Source: Candidatus Sumerlaeia bacterium
GTDB lineage: Bacteria; Sumerlaeota; Sumerlaeia; SLMS01
Assembly: GCA_038208905.1 (NCBI GenBank)
Contig: JBBQYG010000126.1
Span: forward strand, 1-12,184
Reading direction: 5' to 3'
DNA: 12,184 bases
Shown here one piece after another: positions 1 through 7,253 of this stretch. The translations under genes were made by a program, and so were the position numbers. Under the pieces are notes generated by a model. It was not told the origin of the DNA and did not search any database. It saw nothing but the letters and a program-made list of their open reading frames with translations. Numbering within the stretch: position 1 is the stretch's first letter; each line of letters begins with the position of its first letter.

Positions 1-33
1 CCCCTACCCGCTCCCCAGCCCCCCGCCCTCCCC

Positions 34-1017
34 ATGACCCGCCAGCGCCCCCTCCCCCTCCGCCCCCCCCTCTCCATCCGCCCCGGGGGCGGGAATCGGC
101 TGTCCGCGACCCTTGGCAAGGAACTCCCCCCCGGCGGCCCCTATGGCGAGAGCTGGGAGCTGAGCGATCACCCCGATGGTCGCTCTCTGGTCGGCGGCTC
201 GGAGCTCGCCGGAACCACCTTTGGAGAGCTGGCCCGTTCCAACCCCCGCGAATTGCTGGGACGCGACGAAGCTCCGGCGAAGTTTCCGCTCCTCGTCAAG
301 TATATCGACGCCGCAGGCGACCTAAGTGTGCAGGTCCACCCCGACGACGTGTGGTGCGAAGCCAACGCCCACGACGACCGCGGCAAGAGCGAGTGCTGGT
401 ATGTGATGGACTGCGCCCCCGGCGCCAAGGTCGTCTATGGCTACAAGAAGGGCGTCACCGAGGCCCAGGCCCGCCGCGCCCTCGCCGAGGGTGGCTACAC
501 CGATCTTCTGGAGTTCTTGCCCATCGCCCCCGGCGACTTCATCGCCATCCCCCCGCGCACCGTCCACGCGATGCTGGCGGGGACGCTGGTGTGCGAGATC
601 CAGCAATCCTCCAACACCACCTTCCGCCTCTATGACTGGGACCGCCAGCCGCCCCGCGAGCTGCACATCGACAAGGGCATGAGCACCACCGAATGGGAGC
701 GCGCGCTGCTCCCCCGCATCAAGTCCCTTGGCCCCATCAAGCGCGAGATGCGCGCGGAATACCTGCTGCGCAATCCCCACTTCAGCGTCTTCCTTTTCGA
801 GCTGCCCCCCGGCGGCATGGTCGAGATCGACCGCCCCGAAAGCGAAGGCGAGATCCTCAACGCCGTCGCCGGCGACGGCGCCATCGAGGCCGCCGGCCAC
901 ACCGACGCCCTCCGCCTCGGCGATACCTGGTTCCTTCCCGCGCACCTGCGCGAGGCCACCATCGCCGCCGGCCCCCGCGGCCTCCGCGTCCTGATCACTT
1001 CGAACAACGAATTGTAA
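34..1017 (+). CDS. manA: Class I mannose-6-phosphate isomerase (cupin, ManA/GmuF-like)
   Basis: Motifs GESWELS, LLVKYIDA..LSVQVHPDD, GKSECWY, VHA and EIQQSSNTTFRLYDWDR are typical of short bacterial type I PMIs. The N-terminus is unusually C-rich, so the start is uncertain. Confidence 0.9.
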   Translation: MTRQRPLPLRPPLSIRPGGGNRLSATLGKELPPGGPYGESWELSDHPDGRSLVGGSELAGTTFGELARSNPRELLGRDEAPAKFPLLVKYIDAAGDLSVQVHPDDVWCEANAHDDRGKSECWYVMDCAPGAKVVYGYKKGVTEAQARRALAEGGYTDLLEFLPIAPGDFIAIPPRTVHAMLAGTLVCEIQQSSNTTFRLYDWDRQPPRELHIDKGMSTTEWERALLPRIKSLGPIKREMRAEYLLRNPHFSVFLFELPPGGMVEIDRPESEGEILNAVAGDGAIEAAGHTDALRLGDTWFLPAHLREATIAAGPRGLRVLITSNNEL

Positions 1018-1048
1018 TTGTTGGCTTGTATATACTATTAGAATAATG

Positions 1049-1084
1049 AAGGGACAAAAGGGACTGCAAGGACCGCAGAGACGT
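1049..1084 (+). repeat. Degenerate 9-bp tandem repeat, 4 units
   Basis: aagggacaa / aagggactg / caaggaccg / cagagacgt, in the convergent gap after manA. Confidence 0.55.
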
Positions 1085-1100
1085 CTTGGTTCACGCAGTT

Positions 1101-1146
1101 CCCGTTTTTCCCTGCCGTTCCCTGCTTTTCCCCGCCATTTCCCGCC
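1101..1146 (-). repeat. Degenerate 10-bp tandem repeat, about 5 units, G-rich on the minus strand
   Basis: Plus strand reads cccgtttttc / cctgccgttc / cctgcttttc / cccgccattt / cccgcc, directly after the TAG stop of the PilZ gene. Confidence 0.7.
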
Positions 1147-2267
1147 TACATCAATTCGTCCAGCAGCTTCGCCGTCTTCGTCATGCGACCGGTGTCCGCC
1201 GCCATCATGCGGCCCTCGGATGCGAGCGCGTCGCACAGGCGCTTGTCGTATTCGCCGTGCGATCGCAGCGTCGTGTGCATCGACATCGTCTCGCTGATGG
1301 CGAGGAGCTGGGAGAATCGGTAGAGGATGCGTTCCGCCTGGCGGACGTTGCCATTGAACTCCAGCTCCACGGTGTGGAGCCCTTCCTTGTCCACGGACGT
1401 CTCCATGGCGAAGGGCTGGCCCGTGGCTCCGCGCTTGTCGCTCGCCAGCTCCCGCACAACGCGGATCGGCACGGCGCGCGACTTGCGCGTGCCCGCGTAG
1501 CTGCGCAGCGAGAAGTGGTTCTCCCCGTTGGCGTCCAGCTCCAGCAGCAATTCGAAACGGCCCTTGGTCACCGCTGCCGCGAACTTGCGCTCGTCGCCGC
1601 GGGCGACGACCTCGACGGCCTCCGGCGCCTGGCCATAGATGGTGATCGTTGGATTCGCGGAGAACGGCGGAAATGGCTCCAGTTTGGGCGCGGGGAGCGG
1701 CGGCGGCGGTTTCACTCCCCCGCCGGCCTGCTCGTTTTCCTTCACGATTTCCGCCAGCTCGGGCACCGGCTCGAAGCACGACAGCCCGATCAGCACGTGG
1801 GCCCCGCTGAAATCCGACCACGCCACCGTGCCGCGCAGAAGCGGCACATCGGGGTGCGCCACCTTGAGCTCGAAGAAGCGGTTCGCCAGCGCCACCTCCT
1901 TGTCCAGCTTTGCGCGGTCATGCACCTCGATCATCGCGCCGCCGATGCTCAGGTTCGCCACGCGCACCGCAGCGGTGGTTGGCACGAAGGAAATTTCGGG
2001 GATGAGAAGCTTGAGGAGCCCGGGGAAGCTGACGGGGAGGCGCTGCTGCTCGCGGCTGCTATGGTCGTCGCGGGAACCCGGCGACGTCGGCGTCCGCACG
2101 GAGTCCGAACCTGTATCCAGCGATGCCGCCAGCATATCCTTGGGAGAGGGCCCCTTGGGCGCGTTGCTACCAGAGGCCGTATCCGACGGCGACCCCGGAG
2201 AAAATTGGAACCGGCCGCCGCCGGTTTCGGAGTGAGCGCCCTTTTTCGACTTGTCGTCCGTTGCCAT
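1146..2267 (-). CDS. PilZ domain protein with a probable Ig-like beta-sandwich and an unknown C-terminal domain
   Basis: RxxxR (REQQR) followed by NxSxxG (NLSIGG), the two PilZ c-di-GMP motifs. After a proline linker comes a beta-rich segment (PTITIYGQAP...GRFELLLEL...GENHFSL) resembling bacterial Ig folds. ATG at 2267 with upstream GGACAGG is preferred to TTG at 2285. Confidence 0.75.
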   Translation of the reverse strand: MATDDKSKKGAHSETGGGRFQFSPGSPSDTASGSNAPKGPSPKDMLAASLDTGSDSVRTPTSPGSRDDHSSREQQRLPVSFPGLLKLLIPEISFVPTTAAVRVANLSIGGAMIEVHDRAKLDKEVALANRFFELKVAHPDVPLLRGTVAWSDFSGAHVLIGLSCFEPVPELAEIVKENEQAGGGVKPPPPLPAPKLEPFPPFSANPTITIYGQAPEAVEVVARGDERKFAAAVTKGRFELLLELDANGENHFSLRSYAGTRKSRAVPIRVVRELASDKRGATGQPFAMETSVDKEGLHTVELEFNGNVRQAERILYRFSQLLAISETMSMHTTLRSHGEYDKRLCDALASEGRMMAADTGRMTKTAKLLDELM

Positions 2268-2381
2268 CGCCTGTCCACGCGCCAACGCGAATCGCCTGCA
2301 ATCCGAGGGCCTAGCCTGCTACCGTCCCCGGAACCGTCTCAACACAAAGATGGCCCACCCGCGCCTGGGGAGCGCTGCAAA

Positions 2382-3089
2382 CTATCGCAGGGGGCTCTCC
2401 ATCATTTCGCCCACGCGGTCCTGAAACCGTTCCAGGACCACCACCTCGCCCTTGGGGCACATGGCAAAGACGATCTTGAACCGCCTGCTGAAGAACTCCA
2501 TGGTATCGGGCGATTCCAGTCGGGGGAGAAGGACGCAGCTTCCCCCGGCGCGCAGCTTGTAGATTGGCGCCTCGGGCGGCACGGGAAGCGGCACCCAGCC
2601 TTCCAGATCGCCGATGACCCGCAGCGCCGTCAGCTTGCGGGCGAGTTCCTCCAGCGATTCGGCGGTGCTTCCCTCGGCCATCGTGGCCGCATCGAACGAC
2701 GTGGCCATGAGCGGCCCGCCGGACCACGGATCTGTGTTGCTGGCTCGCGTGAGGCGGGGCGATTGGGGGGAGGACTCCGACGCGCGATTGGCGGCGGCGA
2801 GATCGACTGGCCGTCCGGTCAGTCCGGTTAACTCCTCCAGTTGCTGGGCGAAATCGACCTCCTGCAGCTCGGCCTTACCAGTGATCGTGTCCACGCCGCG
2901 GAAGAGCTTGAAAGCCAGAAAGACGAACACCGCCAGTATGACGGCCCCTGCCGCCCAGGCTCCGAAGTCAGAGTAAGTAAACGAACCCTCTTCCAAGTAG
3001 GGCTCCACGGGCTCGGCGGTGGTCTCGGTCGTGCCGCCCGGTGACAAATTTGCCTGTGCAAGCAGGACGGGTTGGGCGAGGTTGTCCAT
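2382..3089 (-). CDS. Hypothetical single-pass membrane protein
   Basis: One hydrophobic stretch (FGAWAAGAVILAVFVFLAF) followed by KLFR, then a protein-like C-terminal domain. ATG at 3089 is preferred to the longer ORF starting at 3287, which would fill the divergent intergenic region. Confidence 0.7.
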   Translation of the reverse strand: MDNLAQPVLLAQANLSPGGTTETTAEPVEPYLEEGSFTYSDFGAWAAGAVILAVFVFLAFKLFRGVDTITGKAELQEVDFAQQLEELTGLTGRPVDLAAANRASESSPQSPRLTRASNTDPWSGGPLMATSFDAATMAEGSTAESLEELARKLTALRVIGDLEGWVPLPVPPEAPIYKLRAGGSCVLLPRLESPDTMEFFSRRFKIVFAMCPKGEVVVLERFQDRVGEMMESPLR

Positions 3090-3314
3090 GCGGCGGCCGG
3101 TAACTTTCGGGGGTCGGGGCGGTGCCAAAATGCTCTTTAGTGTTGTCAAACCCCGTCGGCCCAGTGCAATTGGAGACTCGCGGGGGCTGTGTCCCGTCCG
3201 CCAGCTAGGGGTCGGTCCGTTCTGGACTGGTCCTTGCGTAGCGGGGGGCACACCCAACGCCGATTGCGGGTTAAAAACGCGCGCCACGGCGCAAATCTCA
3301 AGGAGAAACCAGTT

Positions 3315-4085
3315 ATGAAGAATACCCTTACAACCGCAGTGATGGCCGCTCTGCTCGCCATCGGGACGACGGGCGCTTTTGCGGGCCCGGATTATGAGTG
3401 CACCGCCGCCAAAGCCGCCATGTCAGCCGATTGCGCCACCGCCTGTAGCTCCGGTTCCGTTGCCGCCGCAGAGGGAGTAGCCGTTGGAATGGCCAAGGGC
3501 GGAGCCGAGAAAGGCACTGTGACAGCCGGTTACAGCGTGGGCAGCCAAGTCCCCAACTTTACTCTCTCCGACACCACAGGCAAGAGCCACAACCTGACCG
3601 ACTTCCGCGGCAAGGTCTCCGTGCTCGTGTTCTACAACCAAGCCTGCCCCTTCGTCGTCGAAGTTGCCGATCGCCTGGGCGCCTTCACCAAGGAATACAG
3701 CGAGAAGGGCGTCGCCGTGATCGCCATCGACTCAGGCGTGAACAACGCCGCCGAGAAGATCGCCGAGCACGCCAAGGGCGTTGCCTATCCGATCCTCGTG
3801 AACAATGACTCCAGCGTCGCCCGCAATTTCAAGGCGACACGAACCCCCGAGGTCTTCATTCTCGACAAGGAAGGCGTCATCCAGTATCATGGCATGTTTG
3901 ACACGGGCCAGACGCTGGACGAGAGCGGCAACCGCGCCACGCACAGCAAGAACGCAGTGGACGCGCTCTTGGCCGGCAAGCCTGTCGAAGTGAAGGAGAC
4001 CAAGGCCTTCGGCTGCACCATCAAGTTCAACGACAAGACCGCCGCGGCCCCCGCTGCAAAGTCCAGCTCGGTAACTGGCGGCTGA
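3315..4085 (+). CDS. Exported thioredoxin-fold protein, AhpC/TSA/redoxin (PRX-like1) family
   Basis: AGGAG RBS at 3301-3305 and ATG at 3315. Signal peptide MKNTLTTAVMAALLAIGTTGAFA. Motifs PNFTL, DFRGK, NQACPFV, ATRTPEVF, YHG and C-terminal FGCTIK. Confidence 0.88.
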   Translation: MKNTLTTAVMAALLAIGTTGAFAGPDYECTAAKAAMSADCATACSSGSVAAAEGVAVGMAKGGAEKGTVTAGYSVGSQVPNFTLSDTTGKSHNLTDFRGKVSVLVFYNQACPFVVEVADRLGAFTKEYSEKGVAVIAIDSGVNNAAEKIAEHAKGVAYPILVNNDSSVARNFKATRTPEVFILDKEGVIQYHGMFDTGQTLDESGNRATHSKNAVDALLAGKPVEVKETKAFGCTIKFNDKTAAAPAAKSSSVTGG

Positions 4086-4113
4086 TCGCCTGTTGAACCC
4101 CGATTGAAATATC

Positions 4114-4151
4114 AGCCGGCGCCCGCACACAACGGGCGCCGGTTCGATTTT
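4114..4151 (+). terminator. GC-rich hairpin, probable intrinsic terminator or mRNA-stabilising stem
   Basis: CCGGCGCCCG (4116-4125) and CGGGCGCCGG (4133-4142) form a perfect 10-bp stem with a 7-nt loop, followed by a broken T tail (ttcgatttt). Confidence 0.65.
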
Positions 4152-4209
4152 CGCGCCTTCCGCCAATTGTCACGAGACTTGCCTGGCACATCCCCAAGGA
4201 GCACCATCC

Positions 4210-4764
4210 ATGCGCAGCATTTCTATTTTCACCACCACAATTCTACTGGCCGTCGTTTCCACGGCGCTCCGGGCCGTCCCGCCCGGCAATAGTGACGCGG
4301 CCACGAGCGGCACCGCCGTCGCCCTGCCCGCGGCGGGCACAACCCGCGTTGTGGACCAGAATGAGATCGAGCGCATTCTCTCGGATAATTCCGCTGAGCT
4401 GACCGTGGTAAATTTCTGGGCGACGTTCTGCGGCCCCTGCGTCGAGGAGATGCCCTACTTCGTCCGCGTCGCGAAGGAGAACAAGCCGACCGACGTCCGC
4501 GTGATTGGAATTTCCGTGGACCTCAAGGCGCAGGTCGCCTCGCACGTGGAGCCGTTTCTAAAGAAGCGCGAAATTCCGTATCCCAATGTGGTGTTCTACG
4601 GCGACCAGGAGAAGATGATTAACTTCTTCGCGCCCGAATGGAGTGGCGAACTGCCCGTAACCTTTATCTACGACAAGTCGGGCAAGCAGGTCGCGAAATT
4701 CCTCCGCGCGCTCACCTACGAGGAACTCACCGCCGCGATCGCAAAGGCCCGCACGGCGAAGTAG
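4210..4764 (+). CDS. TlpA/ResA-family thiol-disulfide oxidoreductase, exported
   Basis: AAGGAG RBS, N-terminal signal or anchor, VVNFWATFCGPCVEEMP active site and the LPVTFIYD cis-Pro motif. Confidence 0.92.
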   Translation: MRSISIFTTTILLAVVSTALRAVPPGNSDAATSGTAVALPAAGTTRVVDQNEIERILSDNSAELTVVNFWATFCGPCVEEMPYFVRVAKENKPTDVRVIGISVDLKAQVASHVEPFLKKREIPYPNVVFYGDQEKMINFFAPEWSGELPVTFIYDKSGKQVAKFLRALTYEELTAAIAKARTAK

Positions 4765-4767
4765 TCG

Positions 4768-5016
4768 CGCTGCGCCGCAATGCCAGAGTCGGAGCTTGAT
4801 GTATAGACATAGATGGAGAGCCTTCGGCAGTTTGTAGCTCTCGCAGTTCGACTCGCACTTGGGCTGTTTCTATGGCGCTTTTCTATTTTCCGGGGCCGAA
4901 ACCCAGATGCCGAGGCGACGAGCCAAACTATTCATCCACGGATTCAACCAACGCGACCACCAGCGTCTCCTCTTTCGGACGGATCTCTGTGCCCTCTCTG
5001 GTGAGCGCTTTTTTTT
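4768..5016. ncRNA. Candidate structured non-coding RNA (long imperfect rod, possibly 6S-like); family and strand unresolved
   Basis: Nested, colinear complementary blocks run across about 200 nt (detailed in findings). A second stem CACCAG/CTGGTG and a T8 run at 5009-5016 follow. Confidence 0.4.
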
Positions 5017-5027
5017 GTTCCTTCGAC

Positions 5028-6047
5028 CTACTGCATGTAGAAGAATGAAATCTCAACATCCACGTACGACTTTGTAAAGTCGTCGGGGAATGGAGGGAAA
5101 CGTCGCGCGCGTTCCAGCGCTTCGGTGGCGAGCGCATCCAGCGAGGAATCGCCGCAGCTTTTCTTGAGCACGATATTTGTAATCGTCCCGTCGTTGTTAA
5201 TTCGACATTGGACAAGCGCCGTGACTTCCTTCTGGTCAGTGGGCGGCACGCGGAAATGCTTGGCCAACGCGTTGAGTGCGTTTGTGACATAGTAGTCCGG
5301 CAGGCCGATATTCTTGAGAGAGCTGGCGCCATTTCCAGCGCCAACCGCTCCGCCCCCCGCCGATGCGACGGAGCTGCTGGAATTGGAACCCGCGCCGGGG
5401 CGAGAGAGCGGCTTTGCGCTCGAGGGTCCAGGGTTGGCGGGCGCGTGGAGAGACGCCGATTTCCCAGCGGCGGGCTTGGGCGTCTCTCGCGTGGGGACCT
5501 TGGGGGTTCCGCGGAGGTCGCGCGCGCGGTCGGGGGAGAGCACAAACGGTGTCTTGGTCGGCGCCGGCGTCGCCGAGGCCGTGGGCCGGGCTGTGGTCTT
5601 CTTTGGCACAGGCGTGGGGGCGGGCGTGGCGGGCGCTTTTGTTGGGGCAGGCTTCGGCGTTTCCGGCTTGGGCGTGGCCTTTTCCACTGTCTTCTCCGGT
5701 TCCTTCTTCGGCTCGGGAGTCGGCGGTGGCGTGGCGGGCTTGGTTTCGACTGGCTTCTCTGGCTGCTTCTCCTTGATCGGCGGCTTTTCTTCGGGCTTGG
5801 GTTCTTCCTTCTTTTCCACGATGGGCGCCGGCGTGGGGCGGGGCTTCTCGCGTGGTGGCTGGGCGGAAGCCGGGGGAGAGATAAGTTCCACGGCCATCAC
5901 TTGGGCACCGCCGCCACCGCCGCCGGGCTCCGACAGCGAATAGACCTCGGGCATCCAGGCGAGGACGATCACGGCCACCACCAGCACCAAGTGCAGGACC
6001 ATCGAGGCCCCGAGCGCAAACCGCCCCTGTTTCCGCGATTCCCCCAC
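5028..6047 (-). CDS. TolA/TonB-family energy transducer
   Basis: N-terminal TM with S-x3-H (SMVLH), a long P/E/K/T-rich linker, and a TonB/TolA C-terminal domain (INNDGTITNIVLKKSCGDSSLDALATEALERARRFPPFP). GTG at 6047, just after the upstream stop, is the likely start. Confidence 0.88.
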   Translation of the reverse strand: MGESRKQGRFALGASMVLHLVLVVAVIVLAWMPEVYSLSEPGGGGGGAQVMAVELISPPASAQPPREKPRPTPAPIVEKKEEPKPEEKPPIKEKQPEKPVETKPATPPPTPEPKKEPEKTVEKATPKPETPKPAPTKAPATPAPTPVPKKTTARPTASATPAPTKTPFVLSPDRARDLRGTPKVPTRETPKPAAGKSASLHAPANPGPSSAKPLSRPGAGSNSSSSVASAGGGAVGAGNGASSLKNIGLPDYYVTNALNALAKHFRVPPTDQKEVTALVQCRINNDGTITNIVLKKSCGDSSLDALATEALERARRFPPFPDDFTKSYVDVEISFFYMQ

Positions 6048-6051
6048 GGCG

Positions 6052-6465
6052 CTACTTCCCCCGCTCCGTGACGATATTGACCGCATCCACTCCATTGTTC
6101 TTCAGCACCGTGATCAGGCGGGCGATGTTCTCCCATTCCACGGAACGATCCGCCTCCAGCGAAACCGAGGGCTGGTCCTTGTATTCGGGCGCCGCCTTGA
6201 TCGCGCCGGGCACGTCGTCCAGCCCCGTGGGCTGACCGTTGACGTAATAGACTGGCCCGCCAGCCGGTTGTGTAACCTGTATGACGACAGGTTTCTTCTT
6301 TTCGGAACTCTTGGACTGCGAAACCTTGGGCAGTTCCAAGTCCACGTTGTAGCGAACCGCCGGAGCGACCACCATAAAGGAGATCAGGAGCACAAAGGTG
6401 ATGTCCAACAGCGAAGTCACGTTAATGGAGGCGGGCGGTGTCTCCCGGCGGCGGCGCCGAATCAT
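6052..6465 (-). CDS. tolR: ExbD/TolR family biopolymer transport protein
   Basis: INVTSLLDITFVLLISFMV with the conserved TM Asp, and the LEADRSV motif. ATGA overlap with the upstream gene. tolR versus exbD cannot be settled from sequence alone. Confidence 0.9.
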   Translation of the reverse strand: MIRRRRRETPPASINVTSLLDITFVLLISFMVVAPAVRYNVDLELPKVSQSKSSEKKKPVVIQVTQPAGGPVYYVNGQPTGLDDVPGAIKAAPEYKDQPSVSLEADRSVEWENIARLITVLKNNGVDAVNIVTERGK

Positions 6466-7208
6466 TTCACCTTCTCCTCGTCCACCAGGATCTGCTTACG
6501 GACGGCGTTCTCGATGTCGTTGGAGAAACACTCCATGTCGCCGGAGATCTTGGTGACCTCTCGCGTGAAGTAGTTATAGGCGATCAGCGCGGGCGTCGCC
6601 GCGATCAGACCGAAGATCGTTGTCATCAAAGCGGTTGAGATGCCCGGAGCCAGAGCCGAAAGCGCCGCGGAGCCCTCCCGTCCGATGGCCTGAAACGATG
6701 CAAGAACCCCCCACACCGTCCCGAAGAGTCCAATGAACGGGGCAATCGTGGAGATCGTGGCCAGGATCGTCAGCTTTTCCTGTAGCCGCGATTCCTCGCG
6801 AGACATTGTGCGATTCAGAATGCTGGCAATGGTGTCTTTGGCGATCTCGAGGCGATTCTCGAGACCCAGCGCCTTCTTGCCCGTGAACCAGTTCTCCATC
6901 CGGCATTCCACGTAGGTTTCCTTGAGGAGCTTGGCCAAGGGGCTGTTGGGATAGCGCTTGGAGGCCACAAACAGCGCCTCCCAGGAACCGTCCTCGTCCA
7001 CAAGTCCTTGAAATGCGCGGGATTGGCGCTTGGCGACCTTCACCTCCAGATACTTCTGGATAATGAGCATCAAGCTGTAGATCGACATGCAAGTAAGGGC
7101 GATCAGGCAGATAAGGCCCACGAGATCGTTTTCCCTGATGGCGCTGATGAGATCGACCGAATCAGCGGAGAGCAGAAGGAGCGGGGAGGCGGTCATGGCA
7201 CGGAGCAT
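6462..7208 (-). CDS. tolQ: MotA/TolQ/ExbB proton channel family protein
   Basis: Three TMs, with LATISTIAPFIGLFGTVWG and LAPGISTALMTTIFGLIAATPA..YNYF. An alternative start is ATG at 7196. Confidence 0.92.
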   Translation of the reverse strand: MLRAMTASPLLLLSADSVDLISAIRENDLVGLICLIALTCMSIYSLMLIIQKYLEVKVAKRQSRAFQGLVDEDGSWEALFVASKRYPNSPLAKLLKETYVECRMENWFTGKKALGLENRLEIAKDTIASILNRTMSREESRLQEKLTILATISTIAPFIGLFGTVWGVLASFQAIGREGSAALSALAPGISTALMTTIFGLIAATPALIAYNYFTREVTKISGDMECFSNDIENAVRKQILVDEEKVK

Positions 7209-7253
7209 CCGGGGTGGAATGCCTCGCCGATGGGTGACGCAAGATGGCTGAAC

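Noticed and set aside
1049..1146. Repeats considered as a CRISPR array or as IS ends with 12146-12184
   Set aside because: The units are 9-10 bp with no spacers, there are no cas or transposase genes, and the enclosed genes are core housekeeping genes.
322..1821. 499-aa - strand ORF
   Set aside because: It overlaps manA antisense and the PilZ gene out of frame, and has no recognisable domain.
1086..2831. 581-aa + strand ORF
   Set aside because: It lies antisense to two better-supported genes, is Arg/Gly/His-rich and has no motifs. This is a typical high-GC shadow ORF.
3144..3149. TTGACA on the minus strand upstream of the membrane protein gene
   Set aside because: No acceptable -10 hexamer at 16-18 bp spacing.
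4843..4905. T-loop-like GTTCGACTC and tmRNA-like GGGGCCGAAAC
   Set aside because: There is no proper T stem, acceptor stem, CCA end or tag reading frame.
4960..5000. Resemblance on the minus strand (gggcac...ccgaaagaggagacgc) to a c-di-GMP-I riboswitch
   Set aside because: The GCAAAC and GCAAAG elements and the second stem are missing, and no gene lies downstream on that strand.
4813..5004. 63-aa ORF (MESLRQFVALAVRLALGLFLWRF...) in the convergent gap
   Set aside because: It has no clear RBS or family similarity, and the nested pairing fits an RNA better. A small membrane peptide is not fully excluded.
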